A stretch of DNA of 64,000 nucleotides from contig JBHGNT010000007.1 in assembly GCA_043228905.1 (NCBI GenBank), positions 3,348,001 through 3,412,000 of the forward strand, in the 5' to 3' direction. Shown here piece by piece: positions 11,113-23,769 of this stretch. Source of the stretch: Azolla caroliniana (taxonomy: Eukaryota; Plantae; Polypodiophyta). Position 1 is the stretch's first letter. Every line of letters begins with the position of its first letter. The notes under the pieces were generated by a model. That model ran no database searches. It was given only the letters and a program-made list of their open reading frames with translations, and had not been told where the DNA came from. Position numbers and translations under genes: made by a program.

Positions 11113-14069
11113 AAAAGGTGCTTTACATTTGAACATCTGTATAGCATATTATGATATCGTCATAGGCAAACAACGATTTCTATTCACGAGAGGTTTGTAC
11201 CAAAAGTGTTTTGATTATCTATCCCTATTGTACTTCAAAGGCACATTAAAGTTAGACATATTGAAAGATAGGGGCATCCCCCCACACATGAGAAGAACAT
11301 GGGGCCATTAGGCTAATTTGTATATTCACCCACATGCCACTTGCTCCACAACCCGCTTAAGCCCAAAATAAAGTATATAATGGGCAAATGAGATTATATT
11401 CCAAAAGGATTCATTTGTACAAAATTGAAGAGGTCAAGACTAGGTGATGTCGACACATGTGCAAGAAGAATGAAATACCCGTTCCACAAACTGATATAAA
11501 ATCCATCAATATCTAGAATTATTGGAGGTAGCTTGAGTGAAGACTCCTCAAGCCAAATAGTACAACCAAGTGGAGGCATCTATAGGGATTTGGACCACAA
11601 GACCAAATTTACCTTTCAAAATTTTGAACATGAACAATAGGTCAATACATAGATTCATTTTTAACGTACCGATTGCAATCTATGACGTATGGAACCAAAA
11701 TCAAACACTCCCATCAAGTATGTGTGGAGTTGTGTAGTGATTGTTAATGCTCAAGACATTCAGTGATCAATTAATAATTGAGAGTGCACAATGTGAATAT
11801 GAGAGAAATGCAGCATGGGACTACCAAATTGACAATGTAAACTTGATTGTAGTTGAAGGCAAAACATTGTACCAAATTGTGACATATAAACTCACAAACT
11901 TGTTCAAGGTAAAATATGCATAGGTAGCTCGTTAGATTGATCGAAAAAGGAAGTCACTTTAGTAGTTTCTATTCATTGATCATATGAAAAGTTGTATTTG
12001 ATTATCTACTTGTATGTCAAGTGTCGAGAAAGATTTTAGTAGATACACCCTAAGTGGCAGGTTTTGGTCCTACCTCTCATACTTGGGAAATAGAATGAAT
12101 TCCTTAATTGTTGATTAGGTTATTGGGGTTTCTACAAGTAAGTCTCGCTTTTGCTATGGCTCCAAGGCCCTTCCTTAATTGAACCACTACCTACAAGTTG
12201 TCAACTCATTCTTCAATGGCATGTGGTCAACAATTCAATTCTCCCAACATTGTTACTTTTGCTTCGTCCACAATTACTTCTAATAGTAATTTTACCTAGA
12301 ATGAGACACTCCCCCTACCAAGCAACGAATGATGAAGAAAGTCTAAAGGCCTTTATCAAACTCAAATAGAGCCTTCCAATCAATTTGGATAGGAAAAAAT
12401 GGAATTTCGTTGTTACAATGGGCCATAATGGAGTTGAAGATGTTTTTTGGAGTTATATTCAAAACCAAAAAAAAGAACGTGATAAAATGTTGTTTTTTGT
12501 GATTCTTAGATGGTGATTAATTGCCTATTCAAGTATTCCAAATAGAATTTTAATTTTATGTAAAAAGAGGTCTTTGCTCATCCTTCAATCATTGGAGTTT
12601 TTTTATTATAAAAATCATTGGTATCAATCATGAGGTAGAATTAAACACTTGATTGATCAATGGTTGACAAATGGTTGTTTACCATTGTACAAAAGATTAG
12701 AGGAACAAAGTTTCCCAAATTCCAATTTTGTGATATAGTGCATAATTGGTATTAGAGGTTCATGAGTATTATTCTAGCATGACCTTAATCAATAAGTCTA
12801 TTATTGTACTTATTACAGATCATACAAATGATGAGAAAAATAATATGAGATTAAGGAGAAGAATGGATTAATAGTGCTTAACCATGTTGACCATCCTAAA
12901 GAAGGACAAAAAAAACCCCATCAGTATTTCATACCACTAAATATTATCTTATCTCATAACTTGGTAGTTGGATAACATATCTGAAGAAGAAAGACTAGCC
13001 TCGCCATTACAGTGTCTACAAAGTCTCTAGATGTTGTAACGAAAGGAGGAGCTAGTCCCCTTTATACATAACCCAAGTTGGATTTTTCCCCAATGCATAG
13101 CTCTTTAGATATTCTCAAGGTTTGTCTTCAGTTCAAGAAAAAGAATTTGTGTGGTTAATCATGCACTTACATTGTTTTGAATAGAGAAGTTTCAATCATG
13201 TCGAACCATTTGGTTCAATGACACTCTTTCGTTGATAGTTAGCAATGAACAAATTCAAAACATCTCTTATTATTATTATTTATTGTTGTTTCTACCTTGT
13301 GCATTCACAATCTTCTTCTCTTTTTCAACTACAACTCACAACATAATGTCTATTATTTTCAAGCAAATAAATAAATAAATGATGATTATTCATCGACAGG
13401 GAGATCATTGCCCTCAATAGCCCTTTATGCGTTTTCTTAAGCTTTAGGAATCCTTAATTTCACTAGTTCTTCATAAGTTCTTTCAAGCGCACTTTGAGTG
13501 TGTACTCTGATATCCTAAGTTACTTTTGTTTTGATGTAAGCTAATCCACTTGAGTAAACGAGCCCTATAAGTTCTCTTCTTTTGATTCCTTGCAATCTTC
13601 TGGATACCATCTTTGTTGGATTCAAGGTCTTTCTTCAACATTATCATAACTTCCCACATCCAATGGAGTCAATCATCCTGTCATAGTCATTAGATATCTT
13701 ATTTGTTCCTTGCTACTCCATGCACATTTTCATTTTGGTATAAAGATTTCATTTGTGCCTTTCCACCTCCCCACACAATCATATGGTTACTTCTTATATC
13801 ACTATAATCTAGCATCATCACATTGTTTACAATTTTAGTATCATATCCTTTTCAACTTGTAATCAAGATATAGAGTGTCATCTAATATTGTATCACATAT
13901 CGCTTTGTCAATCGTTTCCATCCATTGATATCAAGATTCGAATATTGTAATATCATATCTCCTCTTTGCCAATAATGAAGACAATGTTGACCTCAATACA
14001 AGGTAAGAATGCTAGAATGTATCCAACCCCATCTTATTACCCCCATGATCCTTGGCTCTTGGAGAGCCT

Positions 14070-14350
14070 TGACACTTTTTCAAACTCACTCAGACAAGTT
14101 AGATATTGACGTAGCATCATGGCATCATCTCCAAGTATGAAGAAATGCAAGGTATGCAATGAAAACCTAGTGAAGGATGAATATCACTTCCTTCTCGCAT
14201 GCTCAACATATAATATAATTTGCAAGAAGAATGATGACTTGGTAGACAAGCACGATAACTTAAGTTTCATGCTCAAATCTCTACCAAGAAGGGTTAACAC
14301 AAATCTACATGCATTATTCGCATATAGAGTTTTTGCTACAAAATAGTAAC
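14070..14350 (+). mobile_element. LINE ORF2 3' fragment (C-terminal CCHC zinc finger)
   Basis: CKVCNENLVKDEYHFLLAC matches the CxxC..EDExHFLLxC motif; preceded by a degenerate R.xSHxLxIE-like segment. Confidence 0.7.
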
Positions 14351-14747
14351 CCCTCTTCTAAAGAAGGAGCCACATACAAGACAAGTTTGACAATCATAGG
14401 TATTGAGGTCTTTTTTTATAGCGCCCATGCAAAACCATAAAATGAACATAGGTTGATAGGGAAAGGCATTTGGTAGTTCTTGCAAACATCTTATCCTCAT
14501 GGTTGTGTAGTTATGTCTCACTATATGGAAAGGCATTTGGTAGCTCTCATTATTGAGCTTTGTATTTATAGTCATGGTTGTGTAATTATGTCACACTAGG
14601 TTCATCTGCTACAATCAAGGAGTTTTAGACTGTTGTCTTTAAACAAAAACACATGTATTCTATTCTTGGGATGTTTGTGTTGTTACAGTGTTTACACACA
14701 TACACACAACTTTCTATTGTCTCATTCCGAAAACCCTTACGTAGGGC

Positions 14748-15050
14748 AACTAGCAATAATATTATATATCTTAATTAGTAACTATGGATAGATATCATGC
14801 AACCTTAAATAACTTAACAAGCAATAATAAGGTATATTTCTCACTAGCAATAATAATTTATATCTTAATTAGTAATTATGGATATCATGCAACCTTAAAT
14901 GACTTAACAAGCAATAATAAAGTATATTTTGATGTCATGCTTAGAGAAGTTAGTAATAATAGGGCATATTTTGATTAGTAGTTATAGATGCCATTTCATA
15001 AAGAAATCAGTAATAATAAGGTATATTTTGATTAGTAACTATAGATGTCA
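14748..15050. repeat. AT-rich tandem repeat (~95-bp unit x2 plus shorter derivatives)
   Basis: ctagcaa..tatcttaattagtaa..gatatcatgcaaccttaaat..acttaacaagcaataataa occurs twice, followed by partial copies. Confidence 0.8.
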
Positions 15051-16039
15051 CACAACAACTTAATATGGTCGGGAGGATGCAAAGTATAGGTTCTTTCCAA
15101 GCCTAATAAGACATTTGGGTAATCACATTGCAACTATGTGCATGTTAACAAGCAAAGTATTGGAACACATTTAGTGTGTTTTCACTCAAGGACCCAAGCT
15201 TTTATCCTCCCCACCATAGAAGTTCGTGTTTGCTTGCCTTTGTTGTTAGGGCCTATTATGATACAATTGGAGCATGAGAAGCACATTCTTGTTTGATTGT
15301 CTCGATAGAAGACCAGGACAAGTATGTGGTCAATTCTTGTTTGATTGCCTCCATAGAATACTAGAACAAGTATGTGGGCTTCAAGGAAAATATGTTAGGC
15401 AAATTTTGCAACTAAGCTATATGACCACCTTGTCCTCCTATACTATTTTCAACATTCACTATTTGAGTAAGGACAATGATAACTTTTGGTATATAATGTT
15501 GTTTTTAATATAAATACACCAACCACTTTTTGCCAAAATAAAAGACAATAACCGTAACATGGCTTCCATAATGAGAGAATCAAAGAGTGAGCCATTCTTC
15601 TTACGAAGCTCGAACAAAATAAATTATTGTCGTTTTGTGTGAACTCTATCAAGAACACTTCCAAATCCTACAAATATCTTGTGCATAGTTTAAAGCGGGT
15701 TAATAACACGATGGGCATCGAAAAACCGTTAATAGTGATATCTTGTTTAAACCTTTTCTTTGTTTTGTTTTTTTGCCAAGGCGGGAAAGTTTACAAATGC
15801 AAGATTCAAAAGTTACTAGGCTCGAAGGACACAAAGAGCCCCCACGATAACCCAATGACGGAAAAACAAAAAACGAAAACATTGACAAATGTTAAGGAAG
15901 TGTGGACCCGACAATAGGAGACACTTGTATGTGTCTACCATCGAATGGAAGAAGACACGAAGAGGGATATAGGTCGGCCCGGACCATTGGTCTCCATATC
16001 TCCTCGACTAGGTAGGACCAATAGAGAAAAGCTAGCTAG

Positions 16040-17382
16040 CTAGGGGCACTTGGGTCCCCCTTGTTGGGTCTTCCAATCATTGTAGCATGGGCAGACTTGC
16101 TTGTGGCCGTAGGTCCCCGGGGGCACACATAGGCACGTCGAGCAACACTTGACACAAAAGTACATGCACGCCTTCCGCTTCGATGTCCGCGAGCACCGGT
16201 ATGAGCACGCATTCGGGCACTCTGATCCATCATACTCATTCAACTCATTCATTCAATCAATTCATGCACTCAATTCCACTCATTCAATCCAATTCATTCA
16301 TTCAAGCATTGGATCATTCACTCATTCCTTCAAGCATTTGGTTCATTAATTCAAGCAATGCATCATTCATTCCTTTAAGCATTTGGTTCATTCACACATT
16401 CTTTCAAGCATTGAATCATTCATCCTTTCAAGCATTTGATTCATTCACTCATCCATTCAACCATTTGGTTATTCAATCATTCATTCAAGAATTTGATTCA
16501 TTCACTCATTCATTCAAGCATTTGGTTATTCATTCATGTATTGAATCATTCATTCCTTCAAGCATTTGATTCATTCACTCATTCATTCAAGCAATGCATC
16601 ATTCATTCCTTCGAGCATTTGATTCATTCATTCCTTCAAGCATTTGATTCATTCACTCATTCATTGAAGCCATGCATCATTCATTCCTTCAAGTATTTGA
16701 TTCATTCACTCATTCATTCAAGCATTGAATTAGTCATTCCTTCAAGTATTTCATTTAGGCAGCATTCTTTTCATTTATTGAATCAACCATGAAGCTTCAC
16801 CTGATTGGCGTAAGCTCCCTTGCCTTGCTCCATACTGCATATCACAAAGGAACAAGAAGATCAGGTCAAAAAAGATGAGTAACATGGCGTGATTCATCAA
16901 TGCTCCAGTGAATTAAAATGCATCAATTCGGCAAGAAAACGCTAAAGAATCTCAGGTTATGAATTATTAAGTAGAAGAAAGGAAACAAGATGTAGGGTTT
17001 TGTGAGTCAGTTTCTTTGGATTCTCTTCCAACATAAATTAGGGCTATGAAATTGAACCTTATTGAAAAATTTGGAAGTGGAAGCAAGCTGATCGACTGAC
17101 GATGATCCATTGCTGAGCTCTTCATCGCTATGGCTACTGATGGCCTAGTATCCATTAAAAGCAGGAGAAATACAGACACACACACACACACAAAAGAACA
17201 ACAACATGTCAAATAGAAAAATGGGTGGAATGTATTTTGATACGACAAAAGGAGGATAATTTTCGAAGTTAGCAGAGTTCCGTGGTGGTTTTTATTACCT
17301 GCATAGCCATGGAGGTGGAGAAGCAGAGGAGGAGAGAGGAGAAGCAGAGGAGGAGAAGGAAAGCAGTAGTAGAAGTGGCCAT
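16040..17382 (-). CDS. GASA: GASA/Snakin gibberellin-regulated cysteine-rich secreted peptide (3 coding exons)
   Basis: Exons 17382-17299 (signal peptide MATSTTAFLLLLCFSSLLLCFSTSMAMQ, donor GTAATA), 16834-16801 (YGARQGSLRQS, AG/GT-flanked) and 16221-16040 (12-Cys GASA domain CPNACSYRCS..CVKCCSTCLCVPPGTYGHKQVCPCYNDWKTQQGGPKCP). Phases join in frame. An additional small exon near 17097-17144 cannot be excluded. Confidence 0.93.
16235..16790. repeat. (TTCA)n-derived minisatellite filling the last GASA intron
   Basis: Repeated ttcaagcatttgattcattcactcattca units; these generate spurious overlapping ORFs. Confidence 0.9.
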
Positions 17383-17536
17383 GGCGATTAGAGAGAGAGA
17401 GAGAGAGAGAGAGAGGATCAGATCCAGAAGGTAAGGGAGTAAATAACAAAGAAAATCAGAAAGATGGAGAGAATCAGAGAAGGATGGATGGTAAGGCGGA
17501 GGAGGAGCAGGGTATAAGGAGGCCCCTGCTCCTTCC

Positions 17537-17546
17537 TATATATAAA
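17537..17546 (-). promoter_or_regulatory. putative TATA box of the GASA gene
   Basis: TTTATATATAG on the minus strand, ~155 bp upstream of the ATG and followed by a CT-rich leader. Confidence 0.6.
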
Positions 17547-17557
17547 GGAGGGGTTCT

Positions 17558-17587
17558 AGAGAGAGAAAATAGAGAGAGAAGAGAGAG

Positions 17588-17625
<38 letters not shown>

Positions 17626-17680
17626 TGTGCCTCTGCGCGCCAATGGTGTAAAATTTGTAAGGCCCAATGAGAATGCATTG

Positions 17681-17760
<80 letters not shown>

Positions 17761-17762
17761 GG
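17558..17762. repeat. (GA)n and (GT)n microsatellites in the GASA upstream region
   Basis: Direct read of the sequence. Confidence 0.95.
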
Positions 17763-17904
17763 AGGGATCATGGACATTGGAGAGAGCTTATGGGCTCCCT
17801 CGCCCCGGCCACGACTCGTTTCCTGGTGCCGTAGTTTGTTGTCCGACAGATGGATGCCCTTCGTCATGTGTTCTGTCGCGGTCCCCAGATCGACCCCACG
17901 CATC

Positions 17905-18236
17905 TCTGGGTTCGGTTGGTTCCAAGGCCATTCGATCCACTTATCTCTTGTTTCCGTTGGATCGAAGGCCACTTGATCCATGTATGATTGTATCTCTAGG
18001 TTCGGTTCGATCCCATGCCATTCGGTCCATGTCTCTCTGGGTTCGGTTCGATCCCATGCCATTCGGTCCATGTCTCTCTGGGTTCGGTTCGATCCCATGC
18101 CATTCGATCCATGTCTCTCTGGGTTCGGTTCGTTACCATGCCATTCGGTCCATGTCTCTCTGGGTTCTGTTCGATCCCATGCCATTCGGTCCTTGTTTCT
18201 TTGGGTTCCGTTTGTTCCCATGCCATTCGATCCACG
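17905..18236. repeat. 41-bp tandem minisatellite (gttcggttcgatcccatgccattcggtccatgtctctctgg), ~6 good and ~2 degenerate copies
   Basis: Period of 41 between units starting at 18041 and 18082; explains the repetitive ORFs in 17556-18386. Confidence 0.92.
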
Positions 18237-18612
18237 TGTAGTCAGGGTTTTGTTCCCCTCGAAGTATTGAATGGCATGGATCGTAAAAAACATGTGTCTC
18301 TTTGGAATTGTGTGATTTGTGTCATTCAATCAATGTCTTCTTCATTGTACCTCTGTGGGTTTGTCATCCCCCACCCAAATAATTAATCACGCTTCTGTTG
18401 TTGTGTCCCCGTGATTGCGTTTAACACAAAAAAATTGTCGGCATGAGGTGTTCAAGACGTCGATATCACTCGATTGATGTCTTCATCGTGTGTCTATGAG
18501 TTTGTGGTTCCACCCTCCCCCAATGATCAATGAAACTTGTGTTGTTGCATTCCCAAGCTCGTATTAGGATGAACATTTTTTTGCCAGCTCCACATGAGCA
18601 TCATGGGACATG

Positions 18613-18730
18613 GTGTTCGAGATGTCCACTTCGTCATTTGATATACCCTATATAAAAAACAATACCCCCCCCCCGTTCAAGATGTCCACTTCGTCATTTG
18701 ATATACCCTATATCAAAAGCAATACCCCTT
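18613..18730. repeat. ~61-bp direct tandem duplication
   Basis: gttc(g/a)agatgtccacttcgtcatttgatataccctatat..aaa.caatacccc occurs twice. Confidence 0.85.
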
Positions 18731-19699
18731 GACCCTATTGTATACATGTATTTCCTATCCTTTGAGAATACATGAAAAATAGTTATCATCACTCTCATTC
18801 ATTATCCTTGAGTCTTCGATCACAAACACTCTATAGGATAATATAGCCTCCCTTCAGTTAAGTTGGTGATAAACTAACTTGTCCTCATAATTAGACACAA
18901 TACCATAATTTTGCAATAAATATCATGTGGAGACCTAAGGCAATGCTTGAAAACTAGTGTTAAGATTGATGTAGCAATGTTCAAATACATATCTAGCAAT
19001 AATGCTCCCTTCATTTATTCAAATATAGGTACCGCATCATAACTCACAGGTAAATTGAGCACAATGTCGTGTATAACCCAATGGTATCTTTGTTGTTATA
19101 CGATATAATGATATATGTTTTGTATTATGTTGTCAAACTAATCAAGATTTAGCCCATTCCTATGGGTTTAGATTCGCGTATATCATTTAATACACTAAAA
19201 CTATCACATGATGATGAGACACGTGAATCTCATTAATGCTCGTATGTGTTCTTGTCATTAAAAAAGTAGATACGGTCAAGTGTATGGTTTGATTGGCCCC
19301 TCTTCTAACGCGAACCGTTTTATATTTCTACATTAAAATCATTATTTTCTCCTTTGTCATACCAAGGTGCTAGATCTTTTTTATAGTGTTCAAAACTAAT
19401 ACAACACCTCCTCGGCATATCCATGGTCTCTATAGCCTCTTTTGAGTGCCTTCCATAAGACAATATTTGAAACCATAATTGTGATGTTGTTGATAGTGAT
19501 ATGTTGTTATGGATTGATATTGCCACTAACATCCATGTAAATCTTATAAACATATTTTGTCACATGCTTTGTTGATGTGAATTTAGGGAGGCAATCATTT
19601 GTTGTTGGGGCGATGAAATTTGAGAAGTTTTGGCACTCTTGCTTCTCACTTTGCCTTTCATTCCATCAACGCACTTGGAATTGTGAAAATATAATTAAC

Positions 19700-20350
19700 A
19701 AAAATTTCTATTTTGAGTGGGATCATGGGTCGTAAATATAGTGATCTCAACAAGTAACACAATGCTCGAGTTGTAATAGCGAATGTCAATGATCAAATGT
19801 GTTTTCACCAAAATGCGAGTACAATTTCTCGAATGTTTAATCACCATCTATAATAAGGTTGTTCAAATATTCAATCTCACAACCCTCGGCAATTGCAACA
19901 ATCGTTTAGAAAAATAGACCTTAAGAACACAAGTGTTATGTGATTGTTTATTCACTCACATACTTGTTTAGCCACTTGAGTCTGTTCACATGTTTTTGTA
20001 GGACCAAGGAATTGTTTTAAAAAGCATAAAAAAGCATAGGTACCAACCGAAGAAATCAGTTATAATTATTCTTTAAGTAGCCTAACACAAATACAAATCC
20101 TCCCAATCTATAAATTGCCAATAGTTTGTCACAAATCTTGTTTAGAGTACAAAGGCAATGCTTCCATATCATCCCTTAGCATGTAATGTCAATTGTTTCT
20201 AGTGTTGGAGATATCCATTATCGATAAGCCATAGAGTATTCACTAGGACTCAAATCACACTATTTTAATTCACTAGAATTCGGCATTATCAACATAGAAG
20301 TTGGAACAGGACCATTTGTTCTTTGTGCAAATAACCTTGCAATTGAGTTT
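19700..20350 (-). mobile_element. ancient copia RT/RNase H remnant
   Basis: Minus strand shows degenerate KH../IDIRYY (copia RNase H KHIDxRYH), W-L-N-K (SWxSK) and YLK motifs in the expected order; no intact ORF. Confidence 0.5.
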
Positions 20351-20849
20351 CAATAATAAAGCCAAAAAGATTGTTTGTTTTTATTGTGCTTGTAACTTAT
20401 AATAGAGTGTGTGTGTTTAATAGAGGCATCTCATGTGTGAACTCTATCTATGTTGGGCGAGAGGAGAGAGAGGGAAGAGGGATAGGGAGGCAAACTTTGA
20501 GAATGTCTCAACTATGATTAGGCCCAATTCTCTATTGATTGAATCACCATATACATTTAACCACACCTACCTTTGATCGGCAACGTACTCTTGTCGCTTC
20601 CTTGTGATGATGAACCACTTGCATTAACATTGCATGGATAAACACCAATGCTTTCACATTGCATGTTTAAGCACACAATATCTTATTTTGTTAAACAACA
20701 AATACCATAATTTTCTAATTTAACTCAGTTACAAAAGTGAGGCTAAGTCAAAAGAAAAGTGTAATTTATAAGTTGGTTTTGGCAATAACTAAAAGATATT
20801 GGTGTTCACCTTGCTTGTTAATTGTTTCCTATTGGGAATATGCGAAAAT

Positions 20850-21250
20850 GTTTGGGTTTCTCCACCTCAAAAGTTGAGAAATTCTAACAAAACCCACGAT
20901 GCAACATATTACCAATGTTTGGTACAATTGTTCTTCCAAAAAGGCTTACGGCGAACCCTTTCAAAAGAGTCTTTATTTCTCTTGAAAAGAGAGTCTTTAT
21001 TCTTTCCCATCATTCATGGTAACTATTTATTGCATGTGGTTGTTGGAATCATGAATTTCATGAGGATTCGTAATCTTTTCATTGTTTTTTGAGAAAAGCA
21101 AGAGGTGATTGCATGATACATGATAGTTGAGATATGGTGTATTATGATAGCCTTACCACTATACTATTTGGGCATTACTATGTCTATAAGGATACTACAT
21201 AGGCATGATTTGTAGAGTCAATGTAGAAGATTATGGATGATACCAAAGCC
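20850..21250 (+). mobile_element. possible gypsy integrase N-terminal remnant
   Basis: Degenerate H..GxxH and YY..PT-like segments only; weak. Confidence 0.25.
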
Positions 21251-23467
21251 TTTATTTTTTATACTTGCATAATGTAGTGTGGGTTCGTACATGTGCTTGA
21301 GGAATGCTTCTGGTTTTGAAGCTCTATAATGTAGATGATTGAAAAAAGAGACTTGAATTCAAAACCCCAAAACAAGTGTAATGGAGGAAAAGGAAGTGGT
21401 GAATTAGAATACATCAAGAAGCAATTGACTTTGTACATCTACAACTTCGGAGCTACATTCCATTAAAGGAGTTGTCATTTCAACTCCATACCAATATGTT
21501 CTTGGCACTTGACAATCAAAAAGAGAAGGAACTTCAATTTAAAATGAACATGCATGTTGCATTGTGTCAGTACATTGCCGGATGTGCATCTGTTCCTTTC
21601 TTGACATGTGTTTCGTAATAATGTAATGATATATAGATATAGATATATGTATTATGAATATGTGTGTTTGTGTTTGGCAAGTTTACCTTAAAAAACTTAA
21701 CATGAGAAGGAAGTAGCAATTGTGCATGTACATATATGAGTCCAATGTAAATACTAATAGTCGTACAAGTTGCATTTATAACCTATCTGAAAGGTTGTCG
21801 CAAGAAAGCCCAACGGTTCCTTATGTTGTTTGTTCAGCAGCACAATCTCTAGAGATGGTATTATCATTTGATGGTGGATAAATCTTGTGAGTACACAGTC
21901 ATTTGTTAAGCAAAAACAAAACCAAAAAATAACATTGTGTATAAGACTCATGCATTAGGATAATACATACAAAAACCTTTTGATCATGAAAAAGAGAAGT
22001 TGAAAGGACAAAGGAAAGAGGCATTAAAGGAGCCGCAAAACCGAACACAAAAGCAAAAAGCAAGAGAAATGGAATTACCTTGTGGTTAAAGCGTTTCATC
22101 CCTCAAATCACGCATGTATACCCCACCTTTAGAACTTCTCGAGAGTCCCTACTAATTATTCACATATTCAAACAACGTAGTTTGACCCTTGCAACATATT
22201 CACATTACAACACTTGCAGATTTACTACCACGGATTTCCGAAACCTCAATTTGTGGATGGAGCATGGCCTTATTGGCTTTTTATAGCAATCCCATTTTGA
22301 CATAAAATTAATGTTATAAATTCATTCTTCCTATGTTAGAAATAGAAATTTGTGTAAGAAAAACTTAATGTTGTCCACTCTCACACCTCTACCATGTTGC
22401 AACTTGCACATATACATTGTTCTCCTTATCTATATGATAGATAAAGCTTTCATTACCCAATCATAAACATGATCAAATTCATTCTTTGGTGATAAGTTGT
22501 TAGACTGCCAACCCTAAGCCTTGGAATTGGAAAACTGATAAATTGATGTCAACTATGTTTATATGGAACTGTGCAAAACAAACACATTCGAGAACCGATA
22601 CTTTGTCTTCACAAAGCAACCCTTAGAGATGATCCACGAACCATAAGCTCCCAAATAAATACCTTCACTTTGAAATGAAGACAAGATTGCCACTTCATTT
22701 GCACCACTCTTTTCTACCACCTTTGGATATTGTTTTTACCATTCCATATTAACACATTCTACCATCCATGTACATCTATCAATTAGTTTATGATATACAT
22801 AATTTGTTTTTACTTCGGCAATGCTTTTATGACATGCAAATCTCAAATTTTCCTCTTGTGTAACCATAGTCAAATTTGGAATTGCATATTGTGAAGCTGG
22901 CATTTCTTGTAACCGAGACCATATAGCACAATAATTTCTAGAAACATAACCTTCTCTTTCTCTCTCTCTCTCTCTCTCTTTGTAAAAACACACAATTATA
23001 TTAATAAATGTGTGTGAAAAACATTACAATGTTACCACAATTGAGTGTGGTCACCACTACAAGGGTAGTGGGACTTGTTGAATTGCCAATATGCAAGACG
23101 AACACTTCATTGAAGAAATAATGTCTACTTGCTCCAATAAAGAAAATGACACAGTAGTACTCCCTTCAACTTTCTAGATATGGTTTGACACCATGCCTAC
23201 CATCAAATGCAAAAAACATTCTGCATATCCCAATTATGATTCAATCCCCATTATCTTAGAAATAGGAAAACCATCTCCATCCTTGATTTATGGTCAAACT
23301 GTGTGAATTGACAACTCTTCTAATATCCACTGTCTTAGAGTCAAATAACAATCTCTCACTCTCTAGTTGTTGGCTTGGTGGTTAACATCGTAGCATCAAA
23401 AGTCATAAAATTGAGAGAATTTCGGTTAAACCCCCTATCATGGGCTAGGCCTTGTCTTGTAGATAGG

Positions 23468-23769
<302 letters not shown>

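Noticed and set aside
16149-16792. His/Ser/Phe-rich ORFs
   Set aside because: Artefacts of the intronic TTCA repeat.
17556-18386. Several 80-257 aa ORFs on both strands
   Set aside because: They are translations of the 41-bp minisatellite and GA/GT microsatellites.
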